Shown here: positions 47,152 through 55,751 of the stretch, in pieces
Numbering within the stretch: position 1 is the stretch's first letter
Layout: each line of letters begins with the position of its first letter
Source: Alphaproteobacteria bacterium
GTDB taxonomy: Bacteria > Pseudomonadota > Alphaproteobacteria > RF32 > CAG-239
Assembly (NCBI GenBank): GCA_017470165.1
Contig: JAFUEX010000003.1
Location: 19,544 to 83,543 of the forward strand
Reading direction: 5' to 3'
Length of the DNA stretch: 64,000 nucleotides
The notes under the pieces: model-generated
Database searches by the model: none
The model's input: the letters and a program-made list of their open reading frames with translations, nothing else
What the model was told of the DNA's origin: nothing
Position numbers and translations under genes: made by a program

Positions 47152-47919
47152 ATGAAAATGATGTTTGAAAACAAAAAGATAACCAAAGGAGCCGCCGTGT
47201 TGTTGATGGCAACATCGTTGTCGGGTTGCGGTATGTGGTCGCGTCTTGCCGAGGTCGGACAAGAGCCGGCATTATCCCCCATAACCAATCCGTTGGATGC
47301 CAACGATTATGCGCCGGTGTCGATGCCGATGCCGCAAAAACAAGAGGAAGTTTATGCCGCTAATTCGCTGTGGAGGCAAGGTTCTGAGGGATTTTTTAAG
47401 GACCAAAGAGCCTCAAAAGTAGGCGATATTATTACGGTAAAAATTTCCACCAAAGATACGGCAAAGCTGGAAAATGAAATGGAGCAAAATCGCGATGGCA
47501 ATAAGGATTCATTGAGTATCGGTTCGTTTTTTGGGTTCGAAAAATATATGGAAGATGCTCTGCCGAGCGGATATAATTCGCAAAATGCCATAAGTTTGAA
47601 CTCCAACCGCGAGATTAAAGGCGACGGCAAAATCGATCGTAAAGAAAATATCAATGTGACTTTTGCCGCGGTTGTGACGCAGGTTTTGCCCAATGGTAAT
47701 TTGGTGATTGAGGGTACGCAGGAGATAAGGGTCAGTTATGAGGTGCGACAGCTTTCGATGCGGGGGATTGTCAGAAGGGCGGATATTTCTTCCAACAACA
47801 CCATTGATTCAAGTAAAATCGCCGAGCTCAGAGTGTCGTATGGCGGACGCGGTGTGATATCGGATGTACAGCAACCGCGCTATGGCCGACAGGTGCTGGA
47901 CATTGTAGCGCCGTTCTGA
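47152..47919 (+). CDS. flgH: Flagellar L-ring lipoprotein FlgH
   Basis: Lipobox LSGC; SLW.....FF.D.RA.KVGDIITV, NGNLVIEGTQEI, ISYGGRG motifs. Confidence 0.9.
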   Translation: MKMMFENKKITKGAAVLLMATSLSGCGMWSRLAEVGQEPALSPITNPLDANDYAPVSMPMPQKQEEVYAANSLWRQGSEGFFKDQRASKVGDIITVKISTKDTAKLENEMEQNRDGNKDSLSIGSFFGFEKYMEDALPSGYNSQNAISLNSNREIKGDGKIDRKENINVTFAAVVTQVLPNGNLVIEGTQEIRVSYEVRQLSMRGIVRRADISSNNTIDSSKIAELRVSYGGRGVISDVQQPRYGRQVLDIVAPF

Positions 47920-48181
47920 TGAGGCGGATGAGTTTCCCTATATTATTATGTGGCAAATATTTTTTAAGCAAAAAATCTCCCCAATTTTTTCTTAAAAAAT
48001 AAATGATGTAATCTTGGTATAAAGATTATATCGGACTTGATGAGGAGAAGGATTGAGTTTATATTCCCTACTATAAGCATATATTCCCCAATCGCTTGGA
48101 TGTAGGCTCGCCTTCTCCGATATTGAGTAGCAAAAACAGGGGTAAAGATTGGCAATAACTATATGATAAGGAACCAAAGAT

Positions 48182-48844
48182 ATGTTGAGTGAAATTCAAG
48201 ATCAAATTGACGGAGCTGCCGAAGAGGCTGATTTGTTGCAACAGTACGCCAATTATTTGGATGATGCTGCCAAGACCCAAGATGATAACTATAAACTCTT
48301 GGTGCTGGACGATAATTTGCAAATGTGGGTGTCGATTGAGGCTTCGGCTAAGAGCCAGCATAATGATATGCCGCAGAATATTAAAGACAATTTGTGCAAG
48401 CTCTCGAAGTATGTTGAGCAGGTCACTTTGTCGAAAGGCGTAAATATGACCGAAAATTATTTCCATTCGCTGGCCGAAATTAATCGCCAGATTTCACAGG
48501 GTCTGATGGAATCGGTGAATGCCAATTTGGCGCAGCAGGAGGCTTATTATTTGGCTAAGACCGGCTTGGATATGATTCAGGCTCGCAGTAAAAAAGATAA
48601 CACGGCCTTGGTAGAGGCAATGGACTGCAATCAACAGTTGTGGGTGATGATTAAAACTTTGATGAAATCCGGCAAAACCAAATTGCCGCAAGAAACGCGC
48701 GATAATTTGATTAAATTGGCGGATTATGTGGCCGGCAACACCATTAAACTGGGGCAGAATTTGGATAATTTGGATGACAAACTGCTCAATAGTCTGGTGT
48801 CGATTAACCGTAATATTGCCGAGGGGCTTATCGGTCACAGATAA
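48182..48844 (+). CDS. flaF: Tandem (duplicated) FlaF-like flagellar biosynthesis regulator
   Basis: Two ~105-aa halves each end with a FlaF-like block: ..NLQMWVSIEA....MPQNIKDNLCKLSKYV....SLAEINRQISQGL and ..NQQLWVMIKT....LPQETRDNLIKLADYV....SLVSINRNIAEGL. Confidence 0.6.
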   Translation: MLSEIQDQIDGAAEEADLLQQYANYLDDAAKTQDDNYKLLVLDDNLQMWVSIEASAKSQHNDMPQNIKDNLCKLSKYVEQVTLSKGVNMTENYFHSLAEINRQISQGLMESVNANLAQQEAYYLAKTGLDMIQARSKKDNTALVEAMDCNQQLWVMIKTLMKSGKTKLPQETRDNLIKLADYVAGNTIKLGQNLDNLDDKLLNSLVSINRNIAEGLIGHR

Positions 48845-48860
48845 GCGTGATTTGGCGCTG

Positions 48861-48896
48861 AAAAAGGCTCAAATCGATTTTTGAGCCTTTTTTCTT
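48861..48896 (+). terminator. Intrinsic terminator after flaF
   Basis: AAAAGGCTCAAA / TTTGAGCCTTTT stem followed by a T-rich tail. Confidence 0.7.
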
Positions 48897-48985
48897 TGGC
48901 ATAAGTCGCGGAATAAAGTTGTCAAGCCGGTGTCTTAAGAATATAAGTGATTATAAATTAATAAAGTTTTGTTGAAAATAGGAAG

Positions 48986-50233
48986 ATGATTTTTGGTAAA
49001 TTTGAAAGGCTGATGGCTGGCAGATATCTCAGAGCCAAACGCAAAGAGGGGTTTATTTCGGTGATTACCGGATTTGCGTTTACCGGAATCGCTTTGGGGG
49101 TGGCGACGCTGATTATTGTAATGAGCGTTATGAACGGGTTTAGAAGCGAGCTTTTGGGGCGTATTTTGGGAATCAACGGGCATATAGGTATTATGGCGCC
49201 GACCAGCTATCCGTTTAATAACTATCGCAAGGCGGTTGAGGAAATCAGTGAAATTGAGCATATCACAACGGTTATTCCGATGATTGAAAATCAACTTTTG
49301 GTGACGGCCGGTCGTTCGGCCGAGGGAGCAATGGTGCGCGGTATTGCCAAAGATGATATGCTGAAAAAAGAGGCTTATGCCAAGGCAATAGACGGAGTTG
49401 ATATGAATTATTATCAAGACGGCGGCGTGATTATGGGGATGAGATTGGCACGCAAAATGGGGTTGACCGAAGGCGATAATATCACCCTGTTGTCACCCAA
49501 CGGCAAGATTACGGCGTTCGGCACGGTGCCGCGGATGAAATCATATCAGATTATCGGACTGTTTGATTCGGGAATGTTTGAATATGATTCCAATTTTATT
49601 TTTATGCCGTTGGAAAGTGCGCAGGTTTATTTCGGCTTGAAGGGCGCGGTAACCAACATAGACGTAACCTTGGATGACGATAAATATTTGACGGCGGTGC
49701 GCGGTGCTTTGGAAAAGAGCTTGGGTGGTAGCGCCTATGTCTATGATTGGAAGCAGAGTAATGCGGCTTTTTTTAATGCCATAGATGTTGAGCGCAATGT
49801 GATGTTTGTAATTTTGACGCTGATTATTTTGGTGGCGGCCTTTAATATTATCACCGGATTGATTATGCTGGTGAAAGACAAGGGGCGTGATATTGCCGTG
49901 TTGCGCACAATGGGGGCTACCAAAGGGATGGTTATGCGGATATTTTTCATTGACGGCGCCGGTATCGGGATAATCGGCACTGCACTGGGTGTGGTGCTGG
50001 GATTGGCGGTGTGCGACAATATTGAGGCGATAAGGCAAGGTCTGCAATATTTGTTCGGACGTGATTTGTTTTCGGCCGAGATTTATTTCTTGTCCAAACT
50101 TCCGGCAAAAGTTGACCCGATAGAGGTGGTAAGTGTGGTGGCGATTTCGCTGTTGTTGTCATTTGCGGCGACATTGTACCCGTCGTGGCGGGCGGCGCGG
50201 ATGGATCCGGTGGAGGCGCTGCGTTATGAGTGA
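48986..50233 (+). CDS. lolC: Lipoprotein-releasing system permease (LolC/LolE family)
   Basis: FERLMAGRYLRAKRKEGFISVI.., MacB_PCD plus FtsX domains, ending ..MDPVEALRYE. Confidence 0.85.
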   Translation: MIFGKFERLMAGRYLRAKRKEGFISVITGFAFTGIALGVATLIIVMSVMNGFRSELLGRILGINGHIGIMAPTSYPFNNYRKAVEEISEIEHITTVIPMIENQLLVTAGRSAEGAMVRGIAKDDMLKKEAYAKAIDGVDMNYYQDGGVIMGMRLARKMGLTEGDNITLLSPNGKITAFGTVPRMKSYQIIGLFDSGMFEYDSNFIFMPLESAQVYFGLKGAVTNIDVTLDDDKYLTAVRGALEKSLGGSAYVYDWKQSNAAFFNAIDVERNVMFVILTLIILVAAFNIITGLIMLVKDKGRDIAVLRTMGATKGMVMRIFFIDGAGIGIIGTALGVVLGLAVCDNIEAIRQGLQYLFGRDLFSAEIYFLSKLPAKVDPIEVVSVVAISLLLSFAATLYPSWRAARMDPVEALRYE

Positions 50234-50951
50234 GTTGAAGACACCGGTTTTGGAAATGCGCGGAGTGTATCGCTCGTTTAAGCAGGGCGGACAAACTTTG
50301 CAGGTCTTGCGCGGTATTGATTTGGAGATCCCCAAAGGTGAGATAGTTGCGCTTATCGGCCCATCGGGAGCCGGCAAGTCGACATTGCTGCAATTGGCCG
50401 GTCTTTTGGAAAAGCCGACGAGAGGCGATGTATATCTGGAAGGGCAGCGATGCTCGACCTTGAATGACAGGTTGCGCACGGAGTTGCGGCGGGATTATTT
50501 GGGTTTTGTGTACCAATATCACAATCTGCTGGCGGATTTTAATGCGTTGGAAAATGTGATGATACCGCAGTTGATAGACGGAGTTAAACCCAAAGCAGCG
50601 CAAGATAAGGCTAAGTGGCTGCTGCAAAAGATGGGGTTGGAAAAACGGTTTCATCATCGTCCGGCAGAGATGTCGGGAGGTGAACAACAGAGAGTGGCGA
50701 TAGCACGGGCTTTGGCAAATACCCCGAAATTGCTGTTGGCGGATGAGCCGACCGGCAATTTGGACCCCAAGACGGCAGAAGATGTTTTTGCCGAGTTGTT
50801 GGGTATTGTCAGGGAGACAGGATTGAGCGCCTTGATTGCCACACATAATTTTGAACTGGCTGACCGGATGGACCGCAAAGTGCGGCTGGATGGCGGAAAA
50901 CTGGTTGATTTACGGGCGGATAAATTGTCCGGCGCCAGAAGTTTTTATTAA
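50226..50951 (+). CDS. lolD: Lipoprotein-releasing system ATP-binding protein LolD
   Basis: ATG 50226 overlaps the lolC stop (ATGAGTGA). GPSGAGKSTLL, MSGGEQQRVAIARAL, LLADEPTGNLD. The track start at 50133 is an out-of-context extension. Confidence 0.9.
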   Translation: MSELKTPVLEMRGVYRSFKQGGQTLQVLRGIDLEIPKGEIVALIGPSGAGKSTLLQLAGLLEKPTRGDVYLEGQRCSTLNDRLRTELRRDYLGFVYQYHNLLADFNALENVMIPQLIDGVKPKAAQDKAKWLLQKMGLEKRFHHRPAEMSGGEQQRVAIARALANTPKLLLADEPTGNLDPKTAEDVFAELLGIVRETGLSALIATHNFELADRMDRKVRLDGGKLVDLRADKLSGARSFY

Positions 50952-50972
50952 AATGGAGAAAGGAGAAGAACA

Positions 50973-51740
50973 ATGAGTAATTATTGGAAGCAAGCCTTGG
51001 TTATCGGCGGAATCTATTGGGTGTTTTCGCTGTTTTTGTATTGGGGCGGAATTTTCGGTGCGACCTATAGTATGTGGGCGGTGATTGCCTTGTTGGCAGA
51101 TGCTTTGCTGGCAGTAGTATTATTGGTGTTTTTGCTGCCGTTGAAATGGCTGGCACCGATTAAACGGGTGGATAATTTTATGCATAAATATCCGCGGTTG
51201 GCCACTTTGCTGGCTTCGGTCGGTTGGGTTCCCTATATGGTAGCGGTTACCTTTTTGATGGCCTTGGTGGCAACTTTGGCGACTTATACTCAAGGCAATC
51301 CGGCGGTAAGAGACAGCATTTTTTCGGTGGTTGACGGACTGACAACTTTGAGAAGGTTTGCAATGTTGTTGATGATCGTTACTACTTTGGTGGCAGTGTT
51401 TGCAATGCATAAGACCATTGTCGGAGTATTGCCGGTGCAAACCAAATCTTCTCCGGAGAAGGCAAAAGCGCTCAAAGAAGAGCAAGCGACAGCCAAAGCT
51501 GCCAAAGCTGCTTTGCGGACGGTCAAGAAACCGGCAGCCAAAAAGGCGACAGCTTTGATAGAAAAAGCCGACACCAAAGCGGTATCCGGCCCAAAAACGG
51601 TGAAGAAAACTGCGGTTAAAACCAAGAAGACAGCGGCTAAAACTGCAGCCGGCGTCAGAGCTCCGGTTAAAAAGGCGACAGCCAAAAAGCCGGCAGCTAA
51701 GAAGAAGGAACCTAAAAAAACAGCGGTCAAAAAGAAATAA
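50973..51740 (+). CDS. Membrane protein (about 4 TM) with a ~95-aa K/A/P-rich histone-H1-like C-terminal tail
   Basis: The hydrophobic N-terminal 160 aa are followed by ..KAAKAALRTVKKPAAKKATA..KKTAVKTKKTAAKTAAGVRAPVKKATAKKPAAKKKEPKKTAVKKK. Confidence 0.55.
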   Translation: MSNYWKQALVIGGIYWVFSLFLYWGGIFGATYSMWAVIALLADALLAVVLLVFLLPLKWLAPIKRVDNFMHKYPRLATLLASVGWVPYMVAVTFLMALVATLATYTQGNPAVRDSIFSVVDGLTTLRRFAMLLMIVTTLVAVFAMHKTIVGVLPVQTKSSPEKAKALKEEQATAKAAKAALRTVKKPAAKKATALIEKADTKAVSGPKTVKKTAVKTKKTAAKTAAGVRAPVKKATAKKPAAKKKEPKKTAVKKK

Positions 51741-51765
51741 CGGCCTGTAGGGTAAGCTCTTACAC

Positions 51766-51803
51766 AAAAGGCTTCGCTAAGTTCAAAGCGAAGCCTTTTG
51801 TGT
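51766..51803 (+). terminator. Intrinsic terminator
   Basis: AAAAGGCTTCGC / GCGAAGCCTTTT, a 12-bp perfect stem followed by T-rich sequence. Confidence 0.7.
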
Positions 51804-51921
51804 TATTGAAACACCAACGAGCGGTATATTAGCAGGGGAAAAAAGGTGTTTTGCGGTATACAGCGGCAAAAAAAAGTATTAGTTTCCAAGAGGTATAACG
51901 AAATTTTTGGAGACTTTTGTA

Positions 51922-52374
51922 ATGAAAAAATTTTATTTTTTGTCGGCGGTTGCTGCCGGTGTTTTGGCTTTGAGTGCAAATGCGAATGCTTATGATTCAA
52001 CCGGATGCGGTTTGGGCTCGATGGCTTGGCGCGGACAGTCCGGCATTATTCCGCAGGTTTTGGCAGTTACTACCAACAGCACCTTCGGTTCGCAGACTTT
52101 CGGCATTACCACCGGAACTTCAGGATGCGACCCCAACGGACGGGTTACCGGCGGCACCGGACGTATGTTGCTGGCCTTTTTAGAGAATAATATGGAACAG
52201 TTTGCTTATGATGCTGCTCAAGGCAACGGCGAGACTATCCGTACGGTGGCCGGCATTTTGAATGTTGATGAAAATACTTTGGCAGTCAAGATTCAGGATA
52301 ATTTCGGTGTTTTGTTTGCCAGCAATGATGTTGATGCGGTTGATTTGACCTTGTCACTGATGCAAATGGCATAG
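51922..52374 (+). CDS. Secreted protein, DUF3015-like
   Basis: Signal peptide MKKFYFLSAVAAGVLALSANA, then GCGLGSMAW...QVLAVTTNSTFGSQTFGITTGTSGC. From memory this resembles DUF3015; not verified. Confidence 0.45.
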   Translation: MKKFYFLSAVAAGVLALSANANAYDSTGCGLGSMAWRGQSGIIPQVLAVTTNSTFGSQTFGITTGTSGCDPNGRVTGGTGRMLLAFLENNMEQFAYDAAQGNGETIRTVAGILNVDENTLAVKIQDNFGVLFASNDVDAVDLTLSLMQMA

Positions 52375-52378
52375 AAAA

Positions 52379-52495
52379 CTCGGATGATGGTTTTCTAGAG
52401 CAATTTTGACGGGGGTGATAAAAATTCATGTGGTTTTATCTACATTAAAATTTTTATCACCCCTTAAAATTATTCTATAAATTCCACCATCCGAG
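52379..52495. repeat. Long nested inverted repeat (about 117 bp) between the DUF3015-like and DUF4105 genes
   Basis: The outer arms CTCGGATGATGG (52379..52390) and CCACCATCCGAG (52484..52495) pair with one mismatch. The inner arms GGGGTGATAAAAATT (52412..52426) and AATTTTTATCACCCC (52449..52463) pair perfectly. TTTTTT follows. Confidence 0.65.
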
Positions 52496-52530
52496 ATTTT
52501 TTAATATGGGCTGTTCTCCGAATTATTTTA

Positions 52531-54330
52531 ATGATAAAAGTGAATATGCACTATCTTCTTTTTTTTATGGCTTTATTTTTTTCTTCTTTGGCTTCGGCAC
52601 AAGAGTCGGATAAGGCTTGGGCTGCGCTGGGGCATTATCAGAATGGCAAAAGCTCGGTTGATTCGGATAATTTCTTTTTGAGTGCGGAGGGCAAGGCCAA
52701 TCCGCAGGCGGAACTTGCGGCGACGATAGAACTTTTTGCCGGAGATGATGCGACAAAGCAGTGCTTGTTTCCGGCGCGTTTTTTGTATTTGCAAAAACGC
52801 GGACTGACGCATCGCAAATTTCCCAAGTGCGAGGAATATGAGCAATTTAAGGCTGACTTGCAGCCCAAAGATGTGACTTTGCTTTTTACTGATGCTTATA
52901 TGAACAATCCATCGTCGATGTTCGGGCATACTTTGTTAAGGATTGATACCAAACGCAAAGGAACGCAAATGTTGGCGCATGGGGCTAATTACGGAGCGTT
53001 TACCGGTGATGAGGGCGGGGCGGCTTATGCCCTGAAAGGGTTGTTCGGACTTTATTTCGGCGGGTTTACGGTCAAGCCTTATTATGATATTATCAATACT
53101 TATAACAATATTGAAAACCGTGATATTTGGGAGTTGACGCTCAATTTATCGCCGCAAGAATTGGAGTTGATGGTGGCGCATCTCTGGGAGATCGGGCACA
53201 CGCAGTCACGGTATTATTTTTTCAGTCGCAATTGTTCGTATATGCTGTTGGAAATGCTGGATGCGTTGCGACCGGAATTAGAGCTGGCCAAGCAATTTGA
53301 CAAATGGGTGATACCGCTGGATAGCTTTAAGGCGGTGGCAGCCAAAGACGGATTGGTAAAAGCGCTGAACTATCGCCCGTCGCGGCAAAACAAAATCAAA
53401 CACCGCTACAAGATGATGAGCAGTATGCAGGTTGCAGAATATCAAAAGGCGATGGAAAGCGGTGATTATCGCCTGAGTGATGGTTTGAGCGATGCGCAAA
53501 AGGCGGATGTGTGGGAGACGGCTTATCAGACACTGCAATACAAATGGGTGGCCAAGGAGCTGGATTTGGCAGATTATCGCCGGCAGAGTTTTGATGTTTT
53601 GCGAGCACGCAGCGGCTACAAAAATCAGGGCAGTATTGCCGAGCTTGACCAAGGAAAATCGCCGCTTGAGGCACATGGAGCAAAAAGATTGGCTGTTGGT
53701 GCCGGCGAGCGCAACGGAGAGTTTTTTGAAAAAATAGAGTTGCGGCCGGCTTATCAATCACTGACCGATAATGATTACGGCTTGATTAGAGGAGCGCAAA
53801 TCAATTTTCTCAACACCGAGTTGCGGCATTATGCACAACAAAACAAACTGGTGATGCAGGAGTTGGATGTGTTGAATATTCGTTCAATGGCACCGATAGA
53901 TTTCAATTTTAAGCCGACGTCATTCCAGCTTGATTTGACTATGCGCCGCTGGTTTAATCCGATTAGCGAGAATGAGCATTATGTCGGCTCGTTTATGGCC
54001 GGTGTCGGCGGAGCGGTTGATGCGAAAGAGGGGGCGCGCTTTTTTGCATATTTTAACAATCGGGTCGGCTATGGCGGCGGTATCAGTCACAATTCTTATG
54101 TTGCAGCGAGTGTTGATGCCGGAGTTTTGTGGAGCTTGGGTAAATGGCGGGCTTTGCTGGAGGTTGAGCCGCAGGTTGCCAGCCAAAAATTGTTTACGCA
54201 AATCGGGTATCGCGGTGAGTTGAATTATATCATTGCTACCGACTGGTCGGTGGCAGCAAGTGGTGAATTTACGGATGTTATGGGCAAAAACACCCAAGAA
54301 TACGCCCTAACGTTGCGGTATTATTTTTGA
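52531..54330 (+). CDS. DUF4105 (Lnb N-terminal periplasmic domain)-containing outer-membrane protein
   Basis: Signal peptide, then ..NNPSSMFGHTLLRIDTK.. (DUF4105-like). The C-terminal third has alternating beta-strand patterns and ends ..YALTLRYYF, an OMP-type terminal aromatic. Confidence 0.65.
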   Translation: MIKVNMHYLLFFMALFFSSLASAQESDKAWAALGHYQNGKSSVDSDNFFLSAEGKANPQAELAATIELFAGDDATKQCLFPARFLYLQKRGLTHRKFPKCEEYEQFKADLQPKDVTLLFTDAYMNNPSSMFGHTLLRIDTKRKGTQMLAHGANYGAFTGDEGGAAYALKGLFGLYFGGFTVKPYYDIINTYNNIENRDIWELTLNLSPQELELMVAHLWEIGHTQSRYYFFSRNCSYMLLEMLDALRPELELAKQFDKWVIPLDSFKAVAAKDGLVKALNYRPSRQNKIKHRYKMMSSMQVAEYQKAMESGDYRLSDGLSDAQKADVWETAYQTLQYKWVAKELDLADYRRQSFDVLRARSGYKNQGSIAELDQGKSPLEAHGAKRLAVGAGERNGEFFEKIELRPAYQSLTDNDYGLIRGAQINFLNTELRHYAQQNKLVMQELDVLNIRSMAPIDFNFKPTSFQLDLTMRRWFNPISENEHYVGSFMAGVGGAVDAKEGARFFAYFNNRVGYGGGISHNSYVAASVDAGVLWSLGKWRALLEVEPQVASQKLFTQIGYRGELNYIIATDWSVAASGEFTDVMGKNTQEYALTLRYYF

Positions 54331-54338
54331 GTTTAAAG

Positions 54339-54374
54339 AAAACTCCTCAAGCCAAAGCGGCAGAGGAGTTTTTT
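54339..54374. terminator. Bidirectional intrinsic terminator
   Basis: AAAACTCCTC (54339..54348) pairs with GAGGAGTTTT (54363..54372), with T tracts on both strands. Confidence 0.7.
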
Positions 54375-54382
54375 AGTGTAAA

Positions 54383-54934
54383 TCAGCGTTTTTTCAGACG
54401 CCAATATGATAGTTTTCCGAGCAATTTAAAATCAAATTGCCGAGGTGGGGTGCTGACAACTGCGCGGTCGGTCGGCAAAAATTGCAGCTTGGCTAGAGGT
54501 ACGCGGATTTTGAATACGCCCCAATACCCTTCGCGGTGCACGAAAAAGCACAAGTTGCCTTGCTCTTCAAAACCGCGGGCAAGCATAATTTCACCAAAGG
54601 CATTATCATCACTGATGCGGGTGCAAAAGTCAAAATAGTCGACTTTGACATCAATCTCTTCTACCAACTCGACACGGCTGTCATCAACCAAACTTAATCT
54701 ATAATCGGATTCCGAAATTGAAATTTCAGCCCTTTCGATGGTGTTAATTTCAAGATTTGGACCCTCATTATTGATATCGATGGGATGCCGCGCGGCTGCA
54801 TTTGCCGGACATCCGGCACAAGCCGATTGGGAAAATTCCACAGATTTGCTGCAAAAATCATAGCACAATTTTTGCAGCGGCAAAGGTGATAATTTCTCCA
54901 CTACCAGACGTTGATAGTTGAAAGGAAAGACCAT
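54383..54934 (-). CDS. Hypothetical 183-aa protein
   Basis: Isolated ORF flanked by a terminator. Contains CAGC. No family recognised. Confidence 0.4.
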   Translation of the reverse strand: MVFPFNYQRLVVEKLSPLPLQKLCYDFCSKSVEFSQSACAGCPANAAARHPIDINNEGPNLEINTIERAEISISESDYRLSLVDDSRVELVEEIDVKVDYFDFCTRISDDNAFGEIMLARGFEEQGNLCFFVHREGYWGVFKIRVPLAKLQFLPTDRAVVSTPPRQFDFKLLGKLSYWRLKKR

Positions 54935-55202
54935 AACTTGTCTTTTATCGGCATTAGCTTAACCGATACTTAAATCACACAAATATATCTGATACATAAT
55001 ACAACGGGATTTTTTAAGAGGCTTATTTTATTTCCTAACCTACAAAGTTGATAATATGTTAAAAATTCACAATACTCTTTAAGTTTAAGGAATATCTGAT
55101 TAATTTGTCAAGATAAATTTTGCGCAAATAATAAGGTTGATTTTTTTTTCGCTTGGCATTATGCTGAGCAGAAACCAGTTAAAAACAATAAGGAGAAAAT
55201 TA

Positions 55203-55655
55203 ATGTTACGCGAAGATTTGCAAAATGCTTTGAAGACTGCCATGCTGAACAAAGACACTTTGACCACCGGTGCGGTAAGAATGATTATTGCCGGTCAAAA
55301 AGAGAAGGATGTCGAAGCCAGAGGCAAAGGTTTGGAGAGAGCCAGTGATGCCGATTTGTTGGCGATGATGCAGGGAATGATTAAGCAGCGCAATGATTCG
55401 ATAAAGATGTTTTTGGAGGGTAATCGTCCCGAGTTGGCCGAGAAGGAAAAGGCCGAAATTGCCATTATCGAACGCTTTTTGCCCAAGCAGATGAATGAGG
55501 CGGAAATGGCACAGGTGATTCAGGAATTGATTAAAGAAACCCAAGCTGCCTCAATGAAAGATATGGGCAAAATTATGGGAGCATTAAAGGCTAAATATGC
55601 CGGTCAGATGGATATGGGCAAAGCTAACGGTATTATCAAAAATTATTTGAGTTAG
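55203..55655 (+). CDS. yqeY: GatB/YqeY domain-containing protein
   Basis: MLREDLQNALKTAMLNKD......MIIAGQKEKDVEARGKG.. is typical YqeY. The track start at 55137 is an extension. Confidence 0.85.
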   Translation: MLREDLQNALKTAMLNKDTLTTGAVRMIIAGQKEKDVEARGKGLERASDADLLAMMQGMIKQRNDSIKMFLEGNRPELAEKEKAEIAIIERFLPKQMNEAEMAQVIQELIKETQAASMKDMGKIMGALKAKYAGQMDMGKANGIIKNYLS

Positions 55656-55751
55656 GCAAACTTTCGCAAAAGATTTGGATTATGACAAGTTGTCAAAATC
55701 AAAGCAAGGGAGAGTTTAGTCGAATTACGAAATTGACGGCAGGGTGGAATT

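Noticed and set aside
47920-48181. Sigma54 promoter or structured 5' UTR upstream of flaF.
   Set aside because: The TGGCAA sites lack the -12 TTGC element. The GGAGAAGG/CCTTCTCC pairing (48043..48118) is a single 8-bp long-range match, too weak to call.
49947-50846. 299-aa minus-strand ORF. Similar long antisense ORFs occur at 51120..51767, 55725..56627, 8667..9308, 29670..30155 and 57994..58584.
   Set aside because: Each overlaps a confidently identified gene on the other strand (lolC/lolD, the K/A-tail protein, dnaG, pth, the YdjC deacetylase, rpoD). Their Arg/Pro/Gln- or Ser-rich translations are typical of antisense frames.
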